Source: Promethearchaeota archaeon Loki_b31 (GTDB lineage: Archaea > Asgardarchaeota > Lokiarchaeia > Sigyniarchaeales > SOKP01). From it: a stretch of DNA of 64,000 nt. Of this stretch, positions 28,993-39,040 are shown piece by piece; positions within the stretch are counted from its first letter, which is position 1, and every line of letters begins with the position of its first letter. The DNA lies in NCBI GenBank assembly GCA_005222975.1, contig NJBI01000006.1:38698-102697 (forward strand), read 5' to 3'. A program made the position numbers and the translations under genes. Below the pieces are notes generated by a model. It did no database searches, was not told the DNA's origin, and was given only the letters and a program-made list of their open reading frames with translations.

Positions 28993-31032
28993 TTAAAAAG
29001 TTATCTTTGTGCTAAGCAAATCTTCATTTTTTGATGAAGCTCCAATGTAAATAGTATATTCGATACTCTCGACTTCCCATGCTCTATTATCAGGATTATA
29101 CCATGCAAAATCTTTTTTCTTCACATCAATAGATACAGTCTTTGTTTCTTTAGGTTTTAAAGCGACTCTCTTAAATCCACGTAACAGTTTTAAGGGACGA
29201 TCAACGCTAGAATTTTCAAAACCTACATATAACTGTACAATCTCTTCACCGGTAATAGCTCCAATATTCGAGATTTCCACACTAACACTAATTTTCTCTT
29301 CGGTTGATTCCACTCGAATATTTTTATATCTATATTCAGTATAACTCAACCCAAATCCAAAAGGAAATGCTGATTCTCGGCGTTCCTTTTCCATTAATGT
29401 GTATCCGTGATAATATCCGTATTCGATTTCGTCAACATATATGTCAAAGAATGGTAAATGTGCGGGATCTGTAGGGATTGTAAGAGGTAATTTTCCGCTT
29501 GGGTTAATTACTCCAAAAATAATGTCAGCTAAAGCGTTTCCTCCTTCCATACCTGAATACCAAACCATTAAAATAGCGGGGACTCTTGTTCTCCATTCTT
29601 CCATGAGAATAGCGCTTCCCCCAATAAGTACAACTACGCATTTTTGATTAACTTTTGATACGGCATTAATTAGTTTAATTTCATTCTCTCTCAAACCAAG
29701 GTTAATGCGATCTCCTAATCCCTTTGAAATATGTGGAATATATTCTCCCTCATCCTTATACGTGTAACCAACCATTAAAACTACCGCATCTACGCTTTGA
29801 GCAATCTGTTGAGCAACTTCAAGATCGCTACCATCGTTATGTATTATTTTTACTTTATCACCGAATCTATTTTCTAAACCGTGTAAAGGCGTAACAATAT
29901 TATTTTGGCGCACGTGACTGCTTCCATGATCACCCGTATTTTTTAAATCGGCTAATGGACCAATTACTGCTAAAGTATCAACTTCTTTAAAAGTAAAAGG
30001 TAAAATTTTACCTTGATTTTTAAGCAAGACCATGCTATTCTCGGCAACTTTGCGAGCTAAAAGAACATGTTCATCACAACCGATTAAAGTAGGATTGTAA
30101 TTTTGAGAGTCTTCTTTGGTAGTAAATCTTAACACTGTGCGGATTATTCGCTTTGCGGAATCTTCTATTAATTTTAAAGGAACTTTTCCTTGTTTCACTG
30201 CTTTTTCTAGTTTTCTTCCGTAATATTTTGCACGGGGCATTTCAACATCTAAGCCTCCCATGACCCCGCCAATGGTATCGTGGACCCCATACATCCAATC
30301 AGAATGCACAAAACCTTCAAACCCCCATTCACCTTTTAGTATATCTCTTAATAAGGGAGCATTATGACCACAGTATTCGCCGCGAACTTTATTATAGGCC
30401 GACATAACTGTAGCACAATCTTCCTCGATACAACGCTTAAAATGAGGAAGATAGACTTCTCGCAATGTTCGTTCGTCTAATTGTACATCAACTTTAAATC
30501 GCGAATGTTCAATGCTATTAGCAATATAATGTTTAACTGTGGCCATAACATTATGTTTTTGTACGCCACGTATCAAAGCTGCCCCAAATTCACCAAGATG
30601 AAAGGGATCTTCTCCGTAAGTTTCTTGAGCTCGACCCCACGCGGGATGCCGCAAAAGATTTACACATACACCTCCAAAAAGATTTCCTCCGTGAGCACGT
30701 GCTTCTTTACCGATAACTTCACCCACCTCTTCTTCGAGTTTAATATCCCACGAAGCCCCTCGAGCCATGGATACAGGGAAACAAGTAGAGCCGGGCATCA
30801 TTACACCCCTCGGACCATCCGTAAATAAGAACGGAGGTATACCTAATCGTTTAACGCCCCCACCTGGATAAGCACGCACGCCGAACTTTCGATCTTTTAG
30901 CAACAATATAAAAAAATGATTCCCCGACATTATATCAATCTTTTCTTTTAATGTCATTTCGGATAAAGCATAATCTACATATTCGTCTATTTCTCTATCT
31001 GACATTCCTTTTTTGATTTTAGATTTTATCAT
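28993..31032 (-). CDS. GH3 beta-glucosidase with Fn3-like C-terminal domain
   Basis: TDGPRG, GRAQETYGEDP, KHY, MSAYN, SDW nucleophile, FGFGLSY, EIVQLY. Confidence 0.93.
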   Translation of the reverse strand: MIKSKIKKGMSDREIDEYVDYALSEMTLKEKIDIMSGNHFFILLLKDRKFGVRAYPGGGVKRLGIPPFLFTDGPRGVMMPGSTCFPVSMARGASWDIKLEEEVGEVIGKEARAHGGNLFGGVCVNLLRHPAWGRAQETYGEDPFHLGEFGAALIRGVQKHNVMATVKHYIANSIEHSRFKVDVQLDERTLREVYLPHFKRCIEEDCATVMSAYNKVRGEYCGHNAPLLRDILKGEWGFEGFVHSDWMYGVHDTIGGVMGGLDVEMPRAKYYGRKLEKAVKQGKVPLKLIEDSAKRIIRTVLRFTTKEDSQNYNPTLIGCDEHVLLARKVAENSMVLLKNQGKILPFTFKEVDTLAVIGPLADLKNTGDHGSSHVRQNNIVTPLHGLENRFGDKVKIIHNDGSDLEVAQQIAQSVDAVVLMVGYTYKDEGEYIPHISKGLGDRINLGLRENEIKLINAVSKVNQKCVVVLIGGSAILMEEWRTRVPAILMVWYSGMEGGNALADIIFGVINPSGKLPLTIPTDPAHLPFFDIYVDEIEYGYYHGYTLMEKERRESAFPFGFGLSYTEYRYKNIRVESTEEKISVSVEISNIGAITGEEIVQLYVGFENSSVDRPLKLLRGFKRVALKPKETKTVSIDVKKKDFAWYNPDNRAWEVESIEYTIYIGASSKNEDLLSTKITF

Positions 31033-31175
31033 TATGAACTCACATTAAAAATAAATATCCCATAGTTCAAAATCAAATTTACTTCTTAAAATTTAGCATT
31101 AAAATAACAGAAATTATTAGGAATTTTTAATTAATATTCTATTTTTTATGAAAATAAGTATATTTTAAAAAAAAT

Positions 31176-32438
31176 TTGTTGATAAAAATGATTGATAATA
31201 ATTACATGTATAAATTTATAGAAGATATTTGTAACGAAGTAGGACCCCGAGAATCAGGGACAGAACAAGAAATCTTAGCAGGTAATAGAGTAGAATCAGA
31301 ATTGAAAAAGTTTTGCGACGAAACACATCAAGAATCTTATACTAGTAGTCCTCATGCCTTTCTTGGAGGCATTAAATATGGTGCAATACTGGTCTTTATT
31401 GCTGGAGTTTTTTATTGGTTATCCTTGTTAATAGATATTAATATAATTTCGTTAAATGCATCCATAAATATAATCTTCTTATTAATTGCAATAACTCTTA
31501 TCGTGATAACGATTAGTTATTTCATTTTAGAGGTGATGAAATACCACGAAATCTTTGATTTTCTCTTTCCTAAACGGGAATCACAAAATGTTATTGGGAC
31601 AATTAATCCAAAAAACGAAGTGAAAAATATAATAATCTTTTCTGCACATCACGATTCTGCCTTTGAATTTAACACTTTCTACTATTTGAAGCGGTTCGGT
31701 CAAATTATTATAAATATTGGATATTTAGCCGTTGGAATAGTATTCATTGCGATAATTTTAAAGTTAGTTTTTTTCCTTTTATCAATTGAGCAACCGATTC
31801 TCTTTTTAGTTTTTGGCATTATCTTTATATTTTTCGTTCCAATTATACTAGTTTACGTTTTTTTCCACAGCTCAAAGCCTGTCCTGGGTGCGTTCGATAA
31901 TTTGTCCGGAGTTGCTATGGTGTTAGGGATTGGAAAATATTTATCTGAAAACAAGGGTAACAGCGAAATATTCCCTAACCATACAAGGGTTCAATTAATC
32001 TCGTTTGCAGGAGAAGAATCAGGCTTAAGAGGCGCAAAACGATATGTAAAAAAGCATTATGACGAATTACTATCAAGTGGAACGACTGTTGTGAACATGG
32101 ATAGCATTGCTAAAAAAGATATAATCGTAATACATGATAGAGAACCGGGAATAGGAGCTAAACACAATCCCGATGTATTTGAACCTCTTTTAGGAATCGC
32201 CAAAAAGGTGAATTTAAAAGTAAAATTAATGCCATTGCCTTTTGGTGCAACTGACGCAGCAGCCTTTAGTAAGAAAAATATTCCCGCTACTACCATTAGA
32301 GGTTTAAATCTAAAAGATGAATTAGCGCCCTACTATCATACAAGAAAGGATACGCCAGCAGTAATAGAAAAAGAAGCTTTAGGACAAATTGTACAAATTT
32401 GCCTTGATTACTTTAAACTAATAGATAATCAAAGATAA
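31176..32438 (+). CDS. M28-family metallopeptidase with transmembrane insertions
   Basis: SAHHDS, GAFDNLSG, GEESGLRG, NMD, YYHT. Confidence 0.88.
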   Translation: MLIKMIDNNYMYKFIEDICNEVGPRESGTEQEILAGNRVESELKKFCDETHQESYTSSPHAFLGGIKYGAILVFIAGVFYWLSLLIDINIISLNASINIIFLLIAITLIVITISYFILEVMKYHEIFDFLFPKRESQNVIGTINPKNEVKNIIIFSAHHDSAFEFNTFYYLKRFGQIIINIGYLAVGIVFIAIILKLVFFLLSIEQPILFLVFGIIFIFFVPIILVYVFFHSSKPVLGAFDNLSGVAMVLGIGKYLSENKGNSEIFPNHTRVQLISFAGEESGLRGAKRYVKKHYDELLSSGTTVVNMDSIAKKDIIVIHDREPGIGAKHNPDVFEPLLGIAKKVNLKVKLMPLPFGATDAAAFSKKNIPATTIRGLNLKDELAPYYHTRKDTPAVIEKEALGQIVQICLDYFKLIDNQR

Positions 32439-32479
32439 ACGTTAATCTCTATTAATTATTTTCAAATTTCCATTTTTAA

Positions 32480-32497
32480 AAGACTGTTGATAAAATA
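32480..32497 (+). repeat. IS left terminal inverted repeat
   Basis: aagactgttgataaaata is the reverse complement of 34271..34288. Confidence 0.9.
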
Positions 32498-32750
32498 ATT
32501 AAGATTTGACTAATTTTAAATTCTCCCTTTATTGCTTTGATCACCCTTCTATTGTAATTTAACCACTCTATTTTGAATCGCCGCTATGGCAAAGAAAAAC
32601 TATAGCGTCATCGGCTACGATTTAGAGGATCTTGTATTTGAAAATCATCGAATTAGAACTCAATCACCAATCCTATATATCTGCGTGATATGCTCATATA
32701 TACCTACATATCACTCCTATTTTTAAACACAAACTAGGTATATTATCTAC

Positions 32751-33698
32751 ATGATATATCAAGAATATCTTCCATTTGAATCTTTACTCCAACAAGTAGA
32801 GAAAAAAGAAATTAAGCTGCCTTTTCCGCTGGAATATACCATTGAGAAAATTGAAAAAATCAAGAAGAAAATCCCCAAATCTTACGATAATATTGCCCGT
32901 ATCCTTGCTTTATCTCGTCCTGTGGTTGAATTAGTCCTATTTAAGAGGGATTATCAAGAACCAGAACGGGCTCCGAACTCTAGAGGTAGACCGGGCATCT
33001 CCACGACATCGCTCATTCTGATTCATTTATTGTCCAAAACCATGATTTCCGATAGTTATCGGCAGGCCGAGAGAATTTTAAATGCGCACCCCACTTGGTT
33101 AAAAGCACTCGATCTGAAAAAGGCTCCCAGTCATACAACTATGAGTAAATTCAGAAAAAACAGGGGGGTTGATTTTTTTGACTCCTATTTCCATCAACTC
33201 ACGGAGTTGCTGTTTGCGTTTGGTCTTATTAAGGAAAAAGACGACGTTATCGTTGATTCAGCTCCGATCGAGGCGTCTCAGAATTTTGCCCGTTCTAATT
33301 CTGGCATCAAGATAAATGAGGCGAAGCTACAAGAATTTTTTAATACCGTGGATTTTACGCCTGCCGCGAACTTAATTGCTCCTGCGTGTGAGCTGGGCCG
33401 TAAAAGAAAGTATTCTAACGAGGTCATCTTGAAATTCATCGCGTTCGAGAAGTTGTGCGGGTTCTTATCCCGCAATCAAGCGTTAACCTACCTAAAAAAG
33501 CACCCTAGTGCGGCTAAAATTGTAGGATTTAGTAGCGGGGACGTTCCTTCTACACCCTCAATAAATAATTATCTCAAGCGCATCCCTCCAATACCATGGT
33601 TAATGCGCGTGATGGTGGATTCTATCACGGAGTTTTTTGAATCGCAAGCGGATTACGACGATCACGACCCCTTGTCTTTTTTTTTCAGGTCGTTTTAA
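32751..33698 (+). CDS. Transposase N-terminal part (DUF772-like domains and first catalytic Asp)
   Basis: GRP...SYR...PSHTTMSKFR; IVDSAPIEA. Confidence 0.85.
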   Translation: MIYQEYLPFESLLQQVEKKEIKLPFPLEYTIEKIEKIKKKIPKSYDNIARILALSRPVVELVLFKRDYQEPERAPNSRGRPGISTTSLILIHLLSKTMISDSYRQAERILNAHPTWLKALDLKKAPSHTTMSKFRKNRGVDFFDSYFHQLTELLFAFGLIKEKDDVIVDSAPIEASQNFARSNSGIKINEAKLQEFFNTVDFTPAANLIAPACELGRKRKYSNEVILKFIAFEKLCGFLSRNQALTYLKKHPSAAKIVGFSSGDVPSTPSINNYLKRIPPIPWLMRVMVDSITEFFESQADYDDHDPLSFFFRSF

Positions 33699-34254
33699 AA
33701 TAGGGAAACCTCGTCCCGATCCTGACGCCAAAATAGGATATTGTGCCGCAAAAAAACGAGCGTTTGTTGGGTATCGAGCAACCGTTATCATTGGTAGCGA
33801 GAACATGCCCATACTAGATTATCACCTCACACCGGCAAATCGTCACGATTCCGGTGCTTTCGTACCTCTTCTGTTATCCATGGAGGAGCACGAGACGCTC
33901 CCCCGTGTAGGTGCTTTTTACGGGGATAACGCTTATTTCACGACTGAGAATAGGGAATGGCTTAGATTTCATGAAAAACTGTGTAAACTCCATTCGAACG
34001 ATGAATCAGGTAAAATACCCAAAAATCGGCGCAGTGCGAAGAAAAAATCGCGCGTCCGTTCCAAGGTAGAATCGACCTTTGGCATAATGGAGGAAAACTA
34101 TAATTTCGGGCATACTCAACTGCGTGGATTCAATAACGTAAAGATTGACACGTGTTTAACATTTAGTGCGTGGAATCACTTCTTTCTACTATCCTATTTC
34201 ATGGAACGATTTGAAGATTGTATTAGTTTAAGGAGAATTTTTTATGAAAATTAA
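33685..34254 (+). CDS. Transposase C-terminal part (second Asp and Glu), +1 frame relative to the N-terminal part
   Basis: DPDAKIGY, ANRHDS, YGDNAY, RSKVESTFG. Joins the upstream ORF across T9 at 33677-33685. Confidence 0.85.
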   Translation, partial: SGRFKIGKPRPDPDAKIGYCAAKKRAFVGYRATVIIGSENMPILDYHLTPANRHDSGAFVPLLLSMEEHETLPRVGAFYGDNAYFTTENREWLRFHEKLCKLHSNDESGKIPKNRRSAKKKSRVRSKVESTFGIMEENYNFGHTQLRGFNNVKIDTCLTFSAWNHFFLLSYFMERFEDCISLRRIFYEN

Positions 34255-34270
34255 TAAGGAAGGGTTCTAA

Positions 34271-34288
34271 TATTTTATCAACAGTCTT
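34271..34288 (-). repeat. IS right terminal inverted repeat
   Basis: tattttatcaacagtctt. Confidence 0.9.
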
Positions 34289-34289
34289 T

Positions 34290-34694
34290 TTAATAGAGAA
34301 AAATTATTTTCCGAATATACATTTCTATTTTTTCCAATATTATGTTAAAATTGGATTCATAATTAATATCAAAGACTAAAAAAGTTTTCTCGTCGCATTC
34401 AATAATAACAATTGTCTGTCCTTCTAACTCAGCAATAATTTTATTTACTTTTCTATCTCCCATTGTACGACCAAGATCTGTAGCACTTTCTAAAACCGAA
34501 GCGCACATCGATGTGAAGTTATTAAAATCTATGTCTTCCTTGAAATCTTTAGCGATAAGTCCACCGTTGCGATATGCGAATAAAACGCCGAGTAACTTGC
34601 CTTTATTCTTTAATTCAATCAAGATCTGGTTTAATCTTTCAATTTTTTGAGATTTTGGAAGTTCTATCTCATTCATCTTTATAATAATACTCAA
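34290..34694 (-). CDS. Roadblock/LC7 domain protein
   Basis: GVLFAYRNGGLIA...SMCASVLESA pattern, ~130 aa. Confidence 0.75.
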   Translation of the reverse strand: MSIIIKMNEIELPKSQKIERLNQILIELKNKGKLLGVLFAYRNGGLIAKDFKEDIDFNNFTSMCASVLESATDLGRTMGDRKVNKIIAELEGQTIVIIECDEKTFLVFDINYESNFNIILEKIEMYIRKIIFLY

Positions 34695-34717
34695 TTTTCA
34701 ATAAATAATTTATATTA

Positions 34718-36148
34718 ATGAGTCTTAAAATTTTAATATATATGAATAATCAAAGCTCTAAAATCGAGGAAATAATCCGTAATGCTAACAAAAAGTTTAT
34801 TGAAGAAGATTTAACAAATTTTCTAAAAATTTCGAGTTATACTTTAAATAAAGAAGCAATAATAGAAGCAAAAGATTTTATTATTTCATATATTTCTGAT
34901 TTTTGCGAAGATATTAAAGAGATCGAAGGGGAAATAAATCCTTTATTGTTAGCTAAGGTCAAAGGAAAGATCAAGGATTCTTTATTAATTTACATGATGT
35001 ACGATACGCAACCTGTAAATAAAGAAAATAAATGGATTAGTAATCCTTTTGGTGCTGAAGTAACGCAATTACCCAAACCCTTGGATAGATTAGGTAATTG
35101 CGTAATTGCAAGAGGTGCTTATAATTCAAAGACTCCTTTGTTATGCTTCCTAAACGTAGTAAAAATATTGAAAAAAGAAAAAAAGCTTCCAATTTCTCTA
35201 CTATTACTATTCGATGGGGAAGAAGAATTAGGCTCGCCTACTTTATTAAAAATACTTGAAAACAGAAAGAATTTATTTAACTCTTGTTTAGGTGCGTATT
35301 ATCCTTCAATGAAGCAAGATTTAAACGGTAATTCTGTTCTAAAGCTTGGTTACAAAGGTATTTTGTCGCTAACCGTAAAAGTCACATCTACAAATGAGGA
35401 AACACATTCTGCTTTTAGTTCGATGGTACCTAATCCTGCGCTTGATTTGATTTCTTTACTTAGTACCATTTATTCAAAAGACAAATTTAAAATTAATTCC
35501 TTACGTAATCCATACCATATGACCTCTGACGAGCAATCCATGATTAAAGATTTAATGAAAAAAATTGATCTTGAGAATATTAAAAATAAAGCTGGAATTA
35601 CGCAAACATTAGAAGATGATACAAAAAAATCTTTTGTTAATTACTTATTCAATCCAACTTTTAATATCTCCACCCTAAAATCGGGTTACTTAGAAGATGG
35701 GGTAAAAAACATGGTTGCAAACAACGCAGAATGTAACATCGATATAAGATTTGCCCACAATGTCTCTATTAACGATATTTATAAAGAAATTAGAAAAAAT
35801 GTATCTAATTTAGCAAGATATTCAAAATCTAAAATTGAATTAATTAAAAATATTGGTTACGAGCGCTCTAAAGTTAAACTCGATTCAATTTTAGTAAAAA
35901 GCCTTATAAAAAGTTTTGATATGTTAGGCATATCAACCCATATTTGGCCAATTAGTGCTGCTGCTGCTCCGTTAAGCAAGATACAGAAGGAGTTAGCGAT
36001 AGGTTTTGTCGTTGGTGGTTTAGGAATTGGAGGTTTTGCTCACGCCCCAAATGAATTTATCCAAATAAACTCAATTGTTAATACAAAACTTTCAAATTAT
36101 TTATTTTTACAAAACTATGCAATGTTGTATAATAAAGAAAGCAATTAA
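34718..36148 (+). CDS. M20/ArgE-DapE family metallopeptidase
   Basis: MYDTQP, ARGAYNSK, DGEEELGS, HAPNE. Confidence 0.82.
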   Translation: MSLKILIYMNNQSSKIEEIIRNANKKFIEEDLTNFLKISSYTLNKEAIIEAKDFIISYISDFCEDIKEIEGEINPLLLAKVKGKIKDSLLIYMMYDTQPVNKENKWISNPFGAEVTQLPKPLDRLGNCVIARGAYNSKTPLLCFLNVVKILKKEKKLPISLLLLFDGEEELGSPTLLKILENRKNLFNSCLGAYYPSMKQDLNGNSVLKLGYKGILSLTVKVTSTNEETHSAFSSMVPNPALDLISLLSTIYSKDKFKINSLRNPYHMTSDEQSMIKDLMKKIDLENIKNKAGITQTLEDDTKKSFVNYLFNPTFNISTLKSGYLEDGVKNMVANNAECNIDIRFAHNVSINDIYKEIRKNVSNLARYSKSKIELIKNIGYERSKVKLDSILVKSLIKSFDMLGISTHIWPISAAAAPLSKIQKELAIGFVVGGLGIGGFAHAPNEFIQINSIVNTKLSNYLFLQNYAMLYNKESN

Positions 36149-37311
36149 TACGAATGAAACAGCCCACCAAATCCTCGAAGCTCAGTTTCAATTGCTTGTT
36201 GAGGACACATTTCCATACAACAGAGACAAGAAATACAAACTTTTCTCAAGAATTCGGGATACTCATCAGTCTCAAAATTTATAGCATTCGCAGGACAATC
36301 TTCAAAACATTGTCCACATTTTTTACAAAGTTTCTTCTTTAATTTTGGAATTTTTTTAGTTACCTTGTAAACTATGCTCCTAGTTATAAAACTTGCGAGC
36401 TTAGTCATAAATTTCCCAGGAACTTTAAATTTTGGAGTTATGCTTTTAGCTTCTTCTAACGATAATCCAAAAATTTCAATATTATCAAGATTTCCTTCAC
36501 CGAGCCCTCTTTCAAATGCATTTTTCAAATGAGGAACGTATTTAAGTCCATCAAGTTCACCTATTTCTAATGCTACAACATCTAATGCTAATTCATCTGT
36601 TCCTACCAGAATTAAATTCCAGTTTTTCATATCACCAGAGACGGGGCCCATTGTTCCTTGCATAACTCTGTGCAGATCATAAATAACTAAACGATTTGGT
36701 TTATTTTTAAAAACCCAAGAAAAGTTGTCTGCTAAAGCTTCCCCAAATTGATCTGGATTTCTACCTAATAGATGGTATTTTGCTTTTAACCCTCCTGGAA
36801 TTATCCCCCAATAATTTTTTATAGCTCCTGTTATGGTGGCTTCTCCGTGAGTTTTTAACTTAGGTAAATTTATTAATAGGTCACAGTCATTTACAGGATT
36901 TGATACGTAATAATCTTTTAATCTTAATGCTCCTTCGATAACTTCGTGAACGGGGGTATCACGCTCAAAGTTAATGAATTTTATGCTTGCTTTTTCACAA
37001 ACCTCAAGTAAACTTATTTTTTTAGCAATTTGTTCGGCAGAAATTTTTATTTGTCCGGGAGAATCTCCTATACTAACATTCTCCATTGCCACTCCAATTT
37101 CTTTTAGGTATTTTATTACGCCTTCTACGAAAACAGGCTGAGTACAAGCATCTTTAGTCGCTCTCAATAGGTTAGGTTTTAATAGAATGTTCTTACAATT
37201 AAGAATGTCGAAATGAAAATCTTCTTCAATCATCTTTATAGCTGCTACTATAGCATCTGGGATGCTTTCGTAATCGTTTATGTTTATAATGCTTATTTTC
37301 GTTGACATCAT
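36145..37311 (-). CDS. DUF362 domain protein with C-terminal 2x[4Fe-4S] ferredoxin
   Basis: LLKPNL, INLPKLKTH, GAIKN; CKKCGQCFEDCP and CISCLCCMEMCP. Confidence 0.88.
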   Translation of the reverse strand: MMSTKISIININDYESIPDAIVAAIKMIEEDFHFDILNCKNILLKPNLLRATKDACTQPVFVEGVIKYLKEIGVAMENVSIGDSPGQIKISAEQIAKKISLLEVCEKASIKFINFERDTPVHEVIEGALRLKDYYVSNPVNDCDLLINLPKLKTHGEATITGAIKNYWGIIPGGLKAKYHLLGRNPDQFGEALADNFSWVFKNKPNRLVIYDLHRVMQGTMGPVSGDMKNWNLILVGTDELALDVVALEIGELDGLKYVPHLKNAFERGLGEGNLDNIEIFGLSLEEAKSITPKFKVPGKFMTKLASFITRSIVYKVTKKIPKLKKKLCKKCGQCFEDCPANAINFETDEYPEFLRKVCISCLCCMEMCPQQAIETELRGFGGLFHSY

Positions 37312-37589
37312 ATCCCCTATATTTAAATATTAACTACAAAATTAAAATATAACTTTTAATTGAAAAAAACTGTAATTACAGAAAACAAAAAACAAAAAAC
37401 AAGACATCTTTTTATTTTAGTAAAATTATCGGAAACAAATAATTTTTAAAAAGAAACTTTAATTATTATAATAACTTAAACTTTTTACTTTTAAAAAACG
37501 GTAAAAATAAAATAGAATGGTAAATCTTGCTTATTTTTACATCAAGTATGTATTAAAACGACCAAAATCAGGCGAGTGTGCGGAGAAGA

Positions 37590-38132
37590 ATGGTTGAAAG
37601 CGATTTAATGTTTAAAATCTGTCTTTTTGGAGATGGTGGAGTGGGAAAAACTACTTTAATAGGTAGATATCTTACTGGAGTCTTTAAATCTGGCCAAACA
37701 ATCACTATTGGAGTTGATTTTCATGTCAAAAAGTTAGAAATAGAAGGAAAGAAAGTTTCTCTTCAAATATGGGATTTTGCTGGCGAGACTCGCTTCAGAT
37801 TTCTTTTACCAAGTTATGTAGTTGGTGCATCTGGTGGGATCTTTTTATATGATATCACAAGATTTAGCAGTTTGAAAAATTTTCCCGATTGGATCGAAAT
37901 TTTTAAAAAAGGATTCATTGGAGCTCAAGATAAACAGTTGCCTGTAATTATGGCGGGCAGTAAATTAGATTTAAACTATAAGCGAGCCGTTTCTAGCAAT
38001 GAAGCTTTTGATATGGCGAAAATACATAATCTTTACGGTTATATTGAATGTTCTGCTAAGGATGGAAGAAATGTGGAAGATATTTTTTATGAAATTACTA
38101 AATTAATGATGCACAGAGCGGGTATAATTTAG
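37590..38132 (+). CDS. Rab-like small GTPase
   Basis: GDGGVGKT, TIGVDF, WDFAGE, SKLD, CSAK; ATG 37590 follows GGAG. Confidence 0.93.
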   Translation: MVESDLMFKICLFGDGGVGKTTLIGRYLTGVFKSGQTITIGVDFHVKKLEIEGKKVSLQIWDFAGETRFRFLLPSYVVGASGGIFLYDITRFSSLKNFPDWIEIFKKGFIGAQDKQLPVIMAGSKLDLNYKRAVSSNEAFDMAKIHNLYGYIECSAKDGRNVEDIFYEITKLMMHRAGII

Positions 38133-38137
38133 TCTAC

Positions 38138-39040
38138 TCATTCTTTAAAAATTCCTAAAAGGGATTTTATAACTAAATTAGGAATTAAATTCTTATCAAT
38201 AACTTGAGAGCGAATCGCTTTTTCTTGATTTTTTTTAACCTCGCGTTCAGTCGTGACCCCTGTTAATACGAGTATAGTATTAATTCTGGCTCGATTTCCC
38301 GCTAAAATGTCTGTATTTAAACGGTCCCCGAATATCACTGATTTATCCGGTGATACATTCGTATGGTTTAATATCATTTGAATCCCGTAAGGATTGGGTT
38401 TACCAAAAATTTTTAGAGGTTTTTTGTTAGTACATGTTTCTACTGCGTTTACCATCACTCCTGCTCCAGGAAGTAATCCACTCGCAGCGGGTAATGTTGA
38501 ATCAGAATTTGTAGCGTAGAATTGAGCCTTACCTTGTAAAATGCAATTCTGAGCGAACGCTAGTTTTTTGTAGTTGAATTCTTTATCTAAACCCACGATT
38601 ACAAAATCAACGTTTTTATAGTTTGAGGTGGGGTTAACAATGGTATGTCCTTTTTCTTTTAATTCTTCCTTTAAACCAATTTCACCGATGACAAAAATAG
38701 TTGCATTTTGCTTTTGATTTGTAATTTCTTCCGAAGTAATCGAAGCGCTAGTATAAAAATCAGACACTTCACTATTAATATTAAAACCCTTTAAACGATC
38801 GACATACATTTGTCTTGTAACAGTAGAATTATTGGAATTATATACCACTTTAATTGAAATGTCTTTTAATTCTTGGATCACTTTATCGCTATTAGAAATT
38901 AATATATCTCCCCGGTAAATGACTCCGTCTAAGTCAAAAATTGCTAGTTCGATATTTTTTAATTCGTCAACTAATTCTCGCATGGCTAAATTTAATAAGA
39001 TTATTATTTTTATATGCTTTACTTTTCTAAAACCATCCAA
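38138..39040 (-). CDS. HAD-IIA (NagD-like) phosphatase
   Basis: FDLDGV, SNNS, GKP, GDRLNTDI. The true start is probably the downstream MRELV Met. Confidence 0.9.
   Translation of the reverse strand: MDGFRKVKHIKIIILLNLAMRELVDELKNIELAIFDLDGVIYRGDILISNSDKVIQELKDISIKVVYNSNNSTVTRQMYVDRLKGFNINSEVSDFYTSASITSEEITNQKQNATIFVIGEIGLKEELKEKGHTIVNPTSNYKNVDFVIVGLDKEFNYKKLAFAQNCILQGKAQFYATNSDSTLPAASGLLPGAGVMVNAVETCTNKKPLKIFGKPNPYGIQMILNHTNVSPDKSVIFGDRLNTDILAGNRARINTILVLTGVTTEREVKKNQEKAIRSQVIDKNLIPNLVIKSLLGIFKE

Larger units (their letters stand above)
32480..34288 (+). mobile_element. Complete IS5/IS1182-like insertion sequence (~1.8 kb)
   Basis: Perfect terminal inverted repeats aagactgttgataaaata / tattttatcaacagtctt, flanking TTTAA duplication, DDE transposase inside, visibly higher GC than the flanks. 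Confidence 0.9.

Noticed and set aside
33637-33684. Independent TTG start for transposase ORF2
   Set aside because: The N-terminal residues are not transposase-like, and the triad needs fusion to ORF1.
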